Under the pieces are notes generated by a model that worked only from the letters and a program-made list of their open reading frames with translations, did not search any database and was not told the DNA's origin. The position numbers and the translations under genes were made by a program. Shown here one piece after another: positions 47,833 through 59,907 of a stretch of DNA of 64,000 bases. Numbering within the stretch: position 1 is the first letter of the stretch; the number at the start of each line of letters is the position of its first letter. Source of the stretch: Patescibacteria group bacterium (GTDB lineage: Bacteria; Patescibacteriota; Gracilibacteria; UBA1369; PNNO01); assembly GCA_042577965.1 (NCBI GenBank), contig JBHPDK010000001.1, forward strand, positions 17,537 through 81,536, given 5' to 3'.

Positions 47833-49668
47833 CTATTCGTCTCGTTTTAAAATAGACATAAACGCCTCCTGTGGAATTTCGACATTCCCTACTTTTTTTA
47901 ATCTTTTTTTACCTTCTTTTTGCTTCTTTAAAAGTTTGTCTTTTCGGGTGCGGTCTCCGCCATATAATTTGGCAGTTACATCTTTTCGTAAAGCTTTTAA
48001 AGTTTCACGTGCGATTATCTTTGAGTGAATTGCAGCCTGCAGCGCAACTTCGTACTGCGTACGAGGTATTAATTTTTTTAGCTTTTTAACAATTGATACA
48101 CCTGTATGGTAAGAATCTCTTCTATGAACAATAACAGACAAAGCTTCGACTATATTGCTTCCAACTAAAATATCCAGTTTCACAAGATCCTCCTCCCTAT
48201 ATTCCAAATAATCATAATTCATTGAAGCATAACCGGATGTTCCGCTTTTAAGAGCATCATAAAAATCAATAACAATTGAAGCCAAAGGAATCTCAAAAGT
48301 CAAAATAACACGATCCTGATCAATATATTGCATATTCTTATTAACTCCCCTTCTGTCCTGAACCAGTTTCATCACAACTCCCACATAATCTTTTGGAGTT
48401 ATTACTTCAAGTTTCATCCATGGCTCTTTAATGGCTGTAAGTTTCGCAGGATCCGGCAATTGAGCCGGACTTGAAATGAATTTTTCAGATCCATCATTCA
48501 TAACTGCAATATATGAAACTGAAGGCGAAGTTATTATTAAACTTAAATTATATTCGCGTTCAAGTCTTTCCTGTACGATTTCCATATGAAGCATTCCCAA
48601 AAATCCGCATCTAAATCCGAATCCTAATGCGCCTGATTGTTCAGGTTCAAACGATAAAGCAGAATCATTTATTTGAAGTTTAGAAAGCGCATCGCGTAAA
48701 AGTGGATAATCATCGCCATCAGTACAAAATATACCTGCAAATACATAAGGCTTTACTTCTGTGTATCCTTCTAAAGGTTTAGCACCTTCCAAATCAACTC
48801 GTTCATCTCCTGTTTGCCAGATAGTGTCACCAACTCTAGCCTCAGCAACTGTTTTTAAACCAGTGACAATATAACCAACCTCTCCGGGTTTGAGTTCATC
48901 GGCAGGGCGATATTCTGGCTTAAAATAACCACATTCCATAACTTCAATTTCTTTTTTTGTATGCAATAAATGGACTTTTTCTCCTTTTTTAATCCCACCG
49001 CTCATCACCCTTACATATGCCACCACTCCTTTATATGAATCATAAACTGAATCAAAGATTAATGCCTTAAATTCATCAGAAGTTGTTGATTCTTTTGGGG
49101 GAGGAACGCGTTTAATCACTTCTTCTAAAACAGCTTCGATATTTGTTCCCTCTTTAGCTGAAACAGCAATTATTTCTTCTTTTGGGATTCCAAGTGCATT
49201 TTCAATTTCCATAGACACTTTTTCAACATCTGCAGAAGCTAAATCAATTTTGTTTATAACAGGAATAACTTCTAAATTATGTTCAATTGCCATATAACAA
49301 TTAGCAAGAGTTTGAGCCTGAATTCCCTGGCTGGCATCAACTATTAAAATAGCTCCTTCACAAGCCGCTAAACTACGTGAAACCTCATAACTAAAATCAA
49401 CATGCCCGGGAGTATCAATTAAATTAAGAATATAATCCTCTCCGTCATGATGCCAGTCCATTCTAACTGGTTGAAGTTTAATTGTGATTCCCCTCTCCTG
49501 TTCCAGTTCCATTGTGTCTAAATGTTGACCATGTTTCATATCACGCTTTTCAACTGTTTTTGTTATTTCAAGAAAGCGATCAGCCAAAGTGGATTTTCCG
49601 TGATCTATATGCGCAATAATGCAAAAATTTCTGATATTTTGTATAATTTTTTTGTTCAAGTCGATCAA
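47833..49668 (-). CDS. lepA: elongation factor 4
   Basis: IIAHIDHGKSTLADR and DTPGHVDF motifs plus the LepA C-terminal region. 611 aa. Confidence 0.96.
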   Translation of the reverse strand: MIDLNKKIIQNIRNFCIIAHIDHGKSTLADRFLEITKTVEKRDMKHGQHLDTMELEQERGITIKLQPVRMDWHHDGEDYILNLIDTPGHVDFSYEVSRSLAACEGAILIVDASQGIQAQTLANCYMAIEHNLEVIPVINKIDLASADVEKVSMEIENALGIPKEEIIAVSAKEGTNIEAVLEEVIKRVPPPKESTTSDEFKALIFDSVYDSYKGVVAYVRVMSGGIKKGEKVHLLHTKKEIEVMECGYFKPEYRPADELKPGEVGYIVTGLKTVAEARVGDTIWQTGDERVDLEGAKPLEGYTEVKPYVFAGIFCTDGDDYPLLRDALSKLQINDSALSFEPEQSGALGFGFRCGFLGMLHMEIVQERLEREYNLSLIITSPSVSYIAVMNDGSEKFISSPAQLPDPAKLTAIKEPWMKLEVITPKDYVGVVMKLVQDRRGVNKNMQYIDQDRVILTFEIPLASIVIDFYDALKSGTSGYASMNYDYLEYREEDLVKLDILVGSNIVEALSVIVHRRDSYHTGVSIVKKLKKLIPRTQYEVALQAAIHSKIIARETLKALRKDVTAKLYGGDRTRKDKLLKKQKEGKKRLKKVGNVEIPQEAFMSILKRDE

Positions 49669-49724
49669 TTATTATTTATATCTTGAGAGATTTTAGCAAA
49701 TGAGTAATGGTTTGTAAATCATTC

Positions 49725-49753
49725 TTGAAATAAATTCGTTTTTTTGGTATAAT
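49725..49753 (+). promoter_or_regulatory. sigma70-like promoter (TTGAAA-17 nt-TATAAT, TG-extended)
   Basis: TTGAAAtaaattcgtttttttggTATAAT. Confidence 0.55.
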
Positions 49754-49794
49754 AAATAGAAATAAATAAAATATAAAAATAAAATTTTACGCTA

Positions 49795-50235
49795 ATGCAA
49801 GCCAAAGTCCCACAAAATGTACAAATGGCTGACAAAATCGTTGGTCCGCTTACTTTGCGCCACATGATTATAATTGGTGCTGGAGGTGGATTTGCATACC
49901 TTATATATACAATTCTATCAAGAAGTTATTATTGGGAAGTTTGGATTCTTCCTGTTGGAATTATAGTTGGATTAACACTTCTGATTGCATTTGTGAAAAT
50001 TTATAATGTTGGATTCGGTAAGTTTGTAATTCTTTTTTTAGAATATATATTTTTACCAAGAAAAAGACACTGGCTTAAATCAAGTGCAGAAATTATAGGG
50101 ATGAAGCCAATCCAAGTTGAAAAAAAAGGAATTAAAAAGAAAACCAAAGATAAAGGAGCCCAGACAGAAAAAACAATCAGAGAAATTGATGATATAACAA
50201 AAATTCTCGACACTTACGGCCGGGATAATAACTAA
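49795..50235 (+). CDS. PrgI-family (VirB3-like) membrane protein
   Basis: VPQNVQMADKIVGPLTLRHMIIIG followed by two TM helices, as in PrgI-family T4SS proteins. 146 aa. Confidence 0.65.
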   Translation: MQAKVPQNVQMADKIVGPLTLRHMIIIGAGGGFAYLIYTILSRSYYWEVWILPVGIIVGLTLLIAFVKIYNVGFGKFVILFLEYIFLPRKRHWLKSSAEIIGMKPIQVEKKGIKKKTKDKGAQTEKTIREIDDITKILDTYGRDNN

Positions 50236-50246
50236 AAATCAACAAC

Positions 50247-51065
50247 ATGCCAGAAGCAACAAAAACAAAAAAAGATGAAAAACTGAAATCAAATGATAAA
50301 GCAGTTAAACAAGCTAAAAAAGGTGCTGCTGCATCAAGTTCTCAGCTTTTTATGAAAATAGCTGAAATACGTGATGATACTGTTGTACTAAAAAACGGTG
50401 GTGTAAGAGCAATTATAAAAGTTTCGAGTATTAACTTTAATTTAAAATCTGAAGATGAACAAAACGCAATTATTTACTCTTATCAGGGATTCCTTAATTC
50501 AATCGAATTCCCTGTTCAGGTTGTTGTTAGATCCAAAAAACTTGATATAGATAATTATATAGATAGTTTAAATGATTTAGGAGAAAAACAAACCAATGCA
50601 CTTTTACAAAGGCAAACTTATGAATATATGGATTATATTCAACGACTAGTAGAATATGCAGATATTATGGAAAAAGAATTCTATGTAGTTGTTCCTTTTG
50701 ATCCTTTTAGATCAGTTAAACCAAACATAATTCAGAGATTCTTCCAAAATATGTCGCCTAAAGATACGTTTACTGAGTTCAGTAAACGTCACAAAGAATT
50801 TATGCTGCTTAAGAAAAATCTTAATCAAAGAGTAAATACAGTAAAAAGTGGCCTTGAAAACACAGGACTGCAGGTTGAACAACTTAATACAAAAAATTTA
50901 ATAGAATTATTTTACGAAATTTACAATCCATTATCAGCGCGAACTCAGAAATTCGAAGATATTGAAGAAATAAACATTAAGATCGATGATGATATTCTGG
51001 ATGCAGCAATGAATGAAGAATTAGGAAACGAAGAAGGAGGCGAAGAAGGCACTACAGAAGCTTAA
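50247..51065 (+). CDS. 272-aa protein resembling only the N-terminal domain of VirB4/TraC-type ATPases
   Basis: FMKIAEIRDDTVVLKNGGVRAIIKVSSINFNLKSEDEQNAIIYSYQGFLNSIEFPVQVVV...FYVVVPF matches my recollection of VirB4 N-termini. No P-loop is present. It ends in an acidic tail 56 nt before the 5S gene. Confidence 0.7.
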   Translation: MPEATKTKKDEKLKSNDKAVKQAKKGAAASSSQLFMKIAEIRDDTVVLKNGGVRAIIKVSSINFNLKSEDEQNAIIYSYQGFLNSIEFPVQVVVRSKKLDIDNYIDSLNDLGEKQTNALLQRQTYEYMDYIQRLVEYADIMEKEFYVVVPFDPFRSVKPNIIQRFFQNMSPKDTFTEFSKRHKEFMLLKKNLNQRVNTVKSGLENTGLQVEQLNTKNLIELFYEIYNPLSARTQKFEDIEEINIKIDDDILDAAMNEELGNEEGGEEGTTEA

Positions 51066-51120
51066 GGATTTTTATGTTGCGAATAACCTTGGTGCCCACT
51101 TTCGGAATACACTAAAAACC

Positions 51121-51244
<124 letters not shown>

Positions 51245-51385
51245 AGCTTTTAATTTTCAAAAATCCAACTAAAACAGTTATTCATACAAATTGCTAGTCA
51301 TTGCAATTAAACAAGTATCGATACTCAGTCTCTTACAAGCATGCGACTAAGCATCAACACCTGAAAAATTGCTAAAGTAAGTTCA

Positions 51386-54383
<2,998 letters not shown>

Positions 54384-54386
54384 AAA

Positions 54387-54414
54387 GTGAACTTACTTAA
54401 ATAACTAGCAATTT
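54387..54414 (-). other. 23S leader half of a leader-trailer processing stem
   Basis: Plus-strand 54388-54398 and 54406-54414 are the exact reverse complement of 51366-51385 (helices of 11 and 9 bp with a 7-nt bulge). This brackets the mature 23S. Confidence 0.7.
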
Positions 54415-54425
54415 GTAAAAATAAC

Positions 54426-54487
54426 AAATTGCATTAAATAAATTGCATTTATATATTTAACTACTATATATAAATTATAAATTGCAT
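54426..54487. repeat. three direct copies of AAATTGCAT in the 23S upstream region
   Basis: Copies at 54426-54434, 54440-54448 and 54479-54487. Confidence 0.7.
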
Positions 54488-54537
54488 ATAATTTATATAT
54501 TTTTTGTTGGATCTAATTTTCAATGAGCATTTTAACT

Positions 54538-54568
54538 AAAAAAAAAGTGTGTACCTGCTGCACACACT
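54538..54568 (-). terminator. rho-independent terminator
   Basis: Minus strand reads AGTGTGT-9 nt-ACACACT followed by a long T run. Lies between the 77-aa gene and the 23S upstream region. Confidence 0.75.
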
Positions 54569-54714
54569 CTTTCGACCTAAAAGTTGCGTAACTTTTTACG
54601 TTTTTAAGTAAAAGAGTATGTACAGGTTTTTTCGCATAAAAAAGCTAAAAATGATTAATTAGCTTTTGGATTATATAGAATCAAACTGGCAAAGTCAAGC
54701 CGTTTTTGAAAGCT

Positions 54715-54948
54715 CTATTCTTTACAATTGCATCCTTTAATTTTGACTTCTTTATCTTCGGCACTACACTGAGATACTTGGCAACTTCCAAATTCGCAAG
54801 ATGTCGTACAATTTAATGTAGAACCAGCTGCAAGCAAAATGGCAAATATTAAGCCTTTTCTACTCGCTAATAAATTCAGTAAAGTGCCATTATTTTCAGC
54901 ACCTGTTTGAGGAGATTCTGAATAATCTCTTCTATCTAATTTAGACAT
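54715..54948 (-). CDS. small secreted cysteine-rich peptide precursor (77 aa)
   Basis: Hydrophobic segment GLIFAILLAAGS, then a 31-aa tail CTTSCEFGSCQVSQCSAEDKEVKIKGCNCKE with 6 Cys. Confidence 0.5.
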   Translation of the reverse strand: MSKLDRRDYSESPQTGAENNGTLLNLLASRKGLIFAILLAAGSTLNCTTSCEFGSCQVSQCSAEDKEVKIKGCNCKE

Positions 54949-55014
54949 AATAAATATGGTTAATATTAGTTAAGATACTATTCTAGCATATTTTTAAATA
55001 ATGTCAACCCTTAT

Positions 55015-55275
55015 TTATTCTGGTGGAGCAAAGAAGATTGGACCGAATACAGTACGCATAAAAGTCTGCAATGTATCAGTAATATATAATAAGGTAATAA
55101 TAAAAATTATAACTCCTAATAAAAGAATAAATGTGTAAGTGCCTCCTGAACCCAAATACTTTTCTGCAAAAGGAATATTGCCAGTGAAATCTTTAATCTT
55201 TGCTCTATATATTATAAAAAGGAACGAAAGTGGAAATCCAATAAGTGCAAATATAACTTTATTCATTGTGGCCAA
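55015..55275 (-). CDS. small two-TM membrane protein (86 aa)
   Basis: Two hydrophobic helices. ORF only. Confidence 0.5.
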   Translation of the reverse strand: MATMNKVIFALIGFPLSFLFIIYRAKIKDFTGNIPFAEKYLGSGGTYTFILLLGVIIFIITLLYITDTLQTFMRTVFGPIFFAPPE

Positions 55276-55300
55276 AGGTTAATATACCTTTGTTTATTAT

Positions 55301-55388
55301 ACCACCAGAGACGAACTTATGCGAGTCTCTAGCGAGCGAAAACATATCGCGAGCTTTAAGTGTGAGTCCGTCTTTGACGGACTCACTC
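55301..55388 (+). repeat. GC-rich triple-hairpin element, solo copy not next to a tRNA
   Basis: ACCACCAGAGACGAACTTATGCGAGTCTCT + AGCGAGCGAAAACATATCGCGAGC + GAGTCCGTCTTTGACGGACTC. Colinear with 37687-37762. Confidence 0.75.
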
Positions 55389-55413
55389 AACAATGAATAA
55401 GAGTTGTTTAAAT

Positions 55414-55899
55414 TTATAATTGGCTTGATTCTAATTCCCTTTTCTTTGATCGTGCATCCTCAGCTTGTTCTTGAGCCCATGTTACAGCTGCAGAACATCC
55501 TGCTTCAGTTTTACCATCATTGCTTCCAATAGCTACTTCCTTTTTTGCGAGTGCACCTGCTTCTGCTGAGCTCGCTTCTTCTTCCCAGGTTGTACATGCC
55601 TGAGCAGCTTCACTAAATCTTCGGCTTTCAACATTTCTTGCTGAATCATTCACATCTGACTGATTTAAAGCTCTATATCTTTTTACACGGTTTTTACAAT
55701 CTCCTGCGTATTTATCAACAAGGGCTTTTCTTGTTTTCCCGTCTTTTTTACCGTGGCATTTTTCCATTGGATGAGCTTTACAGCCTCCAGCTATAGCAGC
55801 GATTAACAATAAGGCAAAAGCTTGGGCCATTAATCCAGGGCCAGAACTTCTCCTTTTTGGAGCTTCAGCTTGTGTGCTTTGTGTTGGTAATCTTTCCAT
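55414..55899 (-). CDS. secreted, possibly lipid-anchored Ala/charge-rich protein (161 aa)
   Basis: Signal-like MAQAFALLLIAAIAGGC, with an alternative start at 55830. 5 Cys. Somewhat higher GC than the surroundings. Confidence 0.55.
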   Translation of the reverse strand: MERLPTQSTQAEAPKRRSSGPGLMAQAFALLLIAAIAGGCKAHPMEKCHGKKDGKTRKALVDKYAGDCKNRVKRYRALNQSDVNDSARNVESRRFSEAAQACTTWEEEASSAEAGALAKKEVAIGSNDGKTEAGCSAAVTWAQEQAEDARSKKRELESSQL

Positions 55900-56037
55900 G
55901 GTTTAATTTGGTTAATATTAAGTAAGGAGTATATTGTGCCAGATTTACTCAAATTTGTCAACCCCTTTTTATTATTAAATTTATAGGGTTTTCTTGCACG
56001 TTTTCTAAAAAAAAAGTAGGATAGATAAGGTTTGATA

Positions 56038-57927
56038 ATGAAAGATATGGAATCAAGGTTAAAGGGCTTTTTCAAGCGTAAATGGGTTAAATATGGAATA
56101 ATTGCAGCTATTGCAATTGGTATAGCTTACTTTGCTTTTTCTGGAGGCGAAGAACAAGAATATGTGCTTGCAGAAGTTGTTAAAGGAGACATTGTTCAAA
56201 CTGTTTCAGTTACCGGAAGTATTAAGGCTGATCCTTCTTTGGATCTGCATTTTCAAAAAACAGGAACCGTTAATAATATTAATGTTAATGAAGGAGAGAC
56301 AGTTGAAAAAGGTGATCTTTTAGCTACTATTGAAAACCAATCACTTTCTTTGGAAGTTGATAGAATGAAAGCAAATTATGACTATGCTGTAGCGCAGTAT
56401 AATCAAACAGCAGCAGGTGCAAAATATGAAGAAATTTTAATTGCGCAGGCTGATTTACTAAGTGCAGAAGCTGGTTTAAAAGCTGCTGAAGTTGAACTTG
56501 CAAACACTGAGTCATTAGGAGATGCAAACATTGATTTAGCACAGTTAGATTTTGATAAAGCAGAAAAAGATTTTGAAAACACAAAAGATCTGGCTGAAAA
56601 AGAAATTGAGAAGCTTAATTTAGCTGGTGACAATACTCAAACCGTGGCTATTGAAAGTGCTTATTCTAGTGCACTACTTCAAATGGATGCTCTTTTTACA
56701 GAAATTCAAGACGCACTATTTTTAGCTGAAAATACTTTAGGTGTTAGAGGTACTGGATATTTATATTTGGGTCAAACAACAAAAAACCAGTTAATATTGA
56801 AATATCACGTTCCAGCTGCTGATGATTATGAGAATGCTGCAGATCTTTATAGAGCATTAGGAAACACTCCTACTAATGAAGAAATGGACATTGTTATTGC
56901 TAAAGCTCTAAATGCAGCTGATAACACTTCTTTGCTTCTTTCACAAATTGGCATTGCTTTAGAAGCAATCCCAATGACAAGGAGTGATCTTGATGCTTTA
57001 ATTGCAGAAAATTCAAATCAGGCTACAAAGCTTTCACAATCTGCTCTTCAGCTACATGACACATATTCTACAATTCTTACCTTAACTATTGGCTCTGAGC
57101 AGGATATAGAAACACTGAAGCTTTCTTATCAATTACAAATTGATCAGGCTGAAAGCTCTTTAGATCAAGCTGAATTTAATTTAGAACAAGCTATGCTTAA
57201 TGCAGAAATTGCTGATCAGAATACACAGGCAATGGTGGCACTTAAAACAGCTGCAGTTGATACAGCTAAAGCAACTTTAAGTTTAAAAAAATCCCCAGCC
57301 AGATTAGTTGATTTAGCTCCACTTTCAGCTCAGATTTCACAAGCTGATATAGCTCTTAAATTAGCGCAGAAGGCACTTAATGACAGCAAGCTTTATGCTC
57401 CAATAGATGGCCTTATAACCTTTATATATGGAAAAGTAGGAGAAAACATTTCGTTAACAGAAACTTCCCTATCCCCTTTTCTTTCAATGCAGGCAGACAA
57501 TTTAATTGTTGAAGCAAATGTTCCTGAAACAGATGTGGTAAAACTTGAACCTGGTGACTCCGTTGCAATGACAATTGATGCATTTGACTTTACTGAAAAA
57601 CTTTATGGAGAAGTTATCTATATTGATCGTGCTGAAACAATTATTCAGGGAGTTATTTATTACGAAATCAAAACCGCATTTGAAATAGATGATCCAAGAC
57701 TTAAATCAGGTATGACAGCTAATCTAGAAATCGTTACTGATAAAAAAGAAGATGTACTTATAATCCCTTCAAGGGCAGTTAAGTTTGAAAATTCTCTTCG
57801 TTATGTTGAAGTGCTGAATGGTGGTCCTAAAAAAGTTCAAATCGAAACCGGATTAGAAAGTGATCAATATATGGAGATTACTTCAGGGCTTAAACAAGGA
57901 GATAAAATCATTACATTTGTTAAATAA
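56038..57927 (+). CDS. HlyD/MacA-family membrane-fusion (periplasmic adaptor) protein with an unusually long helical region
   Basis: N-terminal TM helix and lipoyl-like motifs (GSIKADPSLDLHF..., YAPIDGLITFIYGKVGENI). 631-aa ORF. ATG at 56038 with AAGG 8 nt upstream. Confidence 0.88.
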   Translation: MKDMESRLKGFFKRKWVKYGIIAAIAIGIAYFAFSGGEEQEYVLAEVVKGDIVQTVSVTGSIKADPSLDLHFQKTGTVNNINVNEGETVEKGDLLATIENQSLSLEVDRMKANYDYAVAQYNQTAAGAKYEEILIAQADLLSAEAGLKAAEVELANTESLGDANIDLAQLDFDKAEKDFENTKDLAEKEIEKLNLAGDNTQTVAIESAYSSALLQMDALFTEIQDALFLAENTLGVRGTGYLYLGQTTKNQLILKYHVPAADDYENAADLYRALGNTPTNEEMDIVIAKALNAADNTSLLLSQIGIALEAIPMTRSDLDALIAENSNQATKLSQSALQLHDTYSTILTLTIGSEQDIETLKLSYQLQIDQAESSLDQAEFNLEQAMLNAEIADQNTQAMVALKTAAVDTAKATLSLKKSPARLVDLAPLSAQISQADIALKLAQKALNDSKLYAPIDGLITFIYGKVGENISLTETSLSPFLSMQADNLIVEANVPETDVVKLEPGDSVAMTIDAFDFTEKLYGEVIYIDRAETIIQGVIYYEIKTAFEIDDPRLKSGMTANLEIVTDKKEDVLIIPSRAVKFENSLRYVEVLNGGPKKVQIETGLESDQYMEITSGLKQGDKIITFVK

Positions 57928-57969
57928 CAGGCACGAAGCAAAGCAAAGTGCCCTAATCTTAAAGAAGAA

Positions 57970-58656
57970 GTGAATAAAAAAAAAGAACCTTTATTATATA
58001 CAAAGGATATTACTAAAAGTTATGGCTCTGATGGTTTAAAAACTCAGGTTCTTAAAGGTTGTAATATTGAAATCTATGAAGGCGAATTTGTTACTATAAT
58101 GGGCTCTTCAGGAAGCGGCAAATCTACTTTAATGCATATTTTGGGATTCTTGGATTTACCGGATTCCGGTGAATATGTTTTTGAAGGTAAAAACACAAAA
58201 CACTTTAGTGAAGATAAACTAGCAGAAATAAGAAACACTAAAGTTGGATTTGTGTTTCAGTCTTTTAATCTTTTACCGCGGACCTCTGCTTTAGATAATG
58301 TGCGCCTTCCAATGATTTATGCCGGTGTTAAAGAATCTGAACAAATAGCACGCGCAAAAAAAGCGCTTGAATCGGTTGGTCTTGGCCATCGGCTTAATAA
58401 TTTATCAAATGAACTTTCAGGTGGTGAGCAGCAAAGAGTTGCTGTAGCACGTGCTTTGGTAAATAAGCCGCGAATTATTCTAGCTGATGAACCAACTGGT
58501 AATTTAGACAGTGCATCTACTCATGAAATGATGAAAGTATTCAGTAAATTAAATAAAGAAGGTCATACATTAGTAATAGTAACTCACGAGCACGATGTAG
58601 CAGAGCATGCTCAAAGATCTATTAAAATGGAGGATGGAGTCTGCCAAGCCTGTTAA
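57970..58656 (+). CDS. ABC transporter ATP-binding protein (MacB/LolD type)
   Basis: [30 protein letters not shown] and [11 protein letters not shown] motifs. GTG start. Confidence 0.93.
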   Translation: MNKKKEPLLYTKDITKSYGSDGLKTQVLKGCNIEIYEGEFVTIMGSSGSGKSTLMHILGFLDLPDSGEYVFEGKNTKHFSEDKLAEIRNTKVGFVFQSFNLLPRTSALDNVRLPMIYAGVKESEQIARAKKALESVGLGHRLNNLSNELSGGEQQRVAVARALVNKPRIILADEPTGNLDSASTHEMMKVFSKLNKEGHTLVIVTHEHDVAEHAQRSIKMEDGVCQAC

Positions 58657-58672
58657 CCTTTAGCGCGAATCT

Positions 58673-59905
58673 ATGAATATATTGCTGACAATTAAAATAG
58701 CGATTCGCGGACTTCTTGTAAATAAAATGCGTGCTTTTTTAACTATACTTGGAACTATTATTGGTGTTTCAGGAATTATTGTAATTGTTTCAGTTGGTAA
58801 CGGTGCAGAATCTTTAATTGTAAGTCAAATCGAATCTATTGGTACAAACATAGTTGGAGTGTTACCTGGAGGTGGTGATGAAGATGAACCACCAGCTGCT
58901 TTGTTTGGCATAGTTGTAACAACATTAAATAATGATGATATTTATAGTCTTAAAGAAATCCCTCATATTGAAAGTGTTTCAGGTTACAACCGTGAAGTTA
59001 TGCAGATAGTTTATAAAAACAGAAAAACAGAAGCTACAGTTAATGGTGTATTTCCTGAGTATCCTTTAGTTGTAGATGCTGTTTTAAAAGAAGGTAGATT
59101 CTTCACAACTTCAGAAGACGCTTCTCTATCAAAAGTAGTAGTAATTGGACATGAAGTTAAACAAACACTTTTTGGAGATGGGAATGCAATTGGAGAAAAA
59201 ATTAAAATCAGAAATCATTCCTTTAAAATAATTGGTTGTTTTCATCAAAGAGGAACAATTGGTTTTGTTAATGCTGATAGTCATATATATATCCCCTCCC
59301 AAACAATGCAAAAACTAATTTTAGGTATAAATCATATTGCAATGGCAAGAATTAAAGTTGATGATGCAAAAAATGTCCCAAATGTTATTTCATCAATTAA
59401 AGATATTCTTCGGGCCAGGCATGGAATTGATAATCCTGCAGATGATGATTTTAGTGTACAAAGTCAGTCTCAGGGGCTTGAAACAATAAGTAATGTGACA
59501 GGTAGTATTAAGATGTTTTTAACTGCAATTGCAGCTATTGCTTTAATAGTTGGAGGAATTGGTATTATGAATGTCATGTATATTTCAGTAACTGAAAGAA
59601 CTCATGAAATTGGACTAAGAAAGGCACTCGGAGCGCAACAAAATGATATACTCAAACAATTTTTAGTTGAAGCCGTAGCAATTACTGGCTTAGGAGGATT
59701 AATAGGAATTATTCTAGGTTTTATAGTCTCCTGTTTAATTTCAATTGTTATTAACCAATTAGGCTTTTCATGGGAGTGTATAGTAACAATAGATTCAGTT
59801 GTAATTGCATCAATGGTTATTGTGGGAATTGGAGTCATTTTTGGGTATGCCCCTGCATCAAAAGCATCTAAAAAACGGGCAATAGAAGCCCTACGTTACG
59901 AATAA
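58673..59905 (+). CDS. ABC transporter permease, MacB_PCD + FtsX type
   Basis: TM1 followed by a large extracytoplasmic domain and a C-terminal FtsX 3-TM bundle (ERTHEIGLRKALGA). Confidence 0.9.
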   Translation: MNILLTIKIAIRGLLVNKMRAFLTILGTIIGVSGIIVIVSVGNGAESLIVSQIESIGTNIVGVLPGGGDEDEPPAALFGIVVTTLNNDDIYSLKEIPHIESVSGYNREVMQIVYKNRKTEATVNGVFPEYPLVVDAVLKEGRFFTTSEDASLSKVVVIGHEVKQTLFGDGNAIGEKIKIRNHSFKIIGCFHQRGTIGFVNADSHIYIPSQTMQKLILGINHIAMARIKVDDAKNVPNVISSIKDILRARHGIDNPADDDFSVQSQSQGLETISNVTGSIKMFLTAIAAIALIVGGIGIMNVMYISVTERTHEIGLRKALGAQQNDILKQFLVEAVAITGLGGLIGIILGFIVSCLISIVINQLGFSWECIVTIDSVVIASMVIVGIGVIFGYAPASKASKKRAIEALRYE

Positions 59906-59907
59906 TT

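Noticed and set aside
55830-56075. 81-aa minus-strand ORF overlapping the start of the HlyD-family gene
   Set aside because: It overlaps both the 161-aa gene and the adaptor gene start. It has low-complexity basic sequence and no independent signals.
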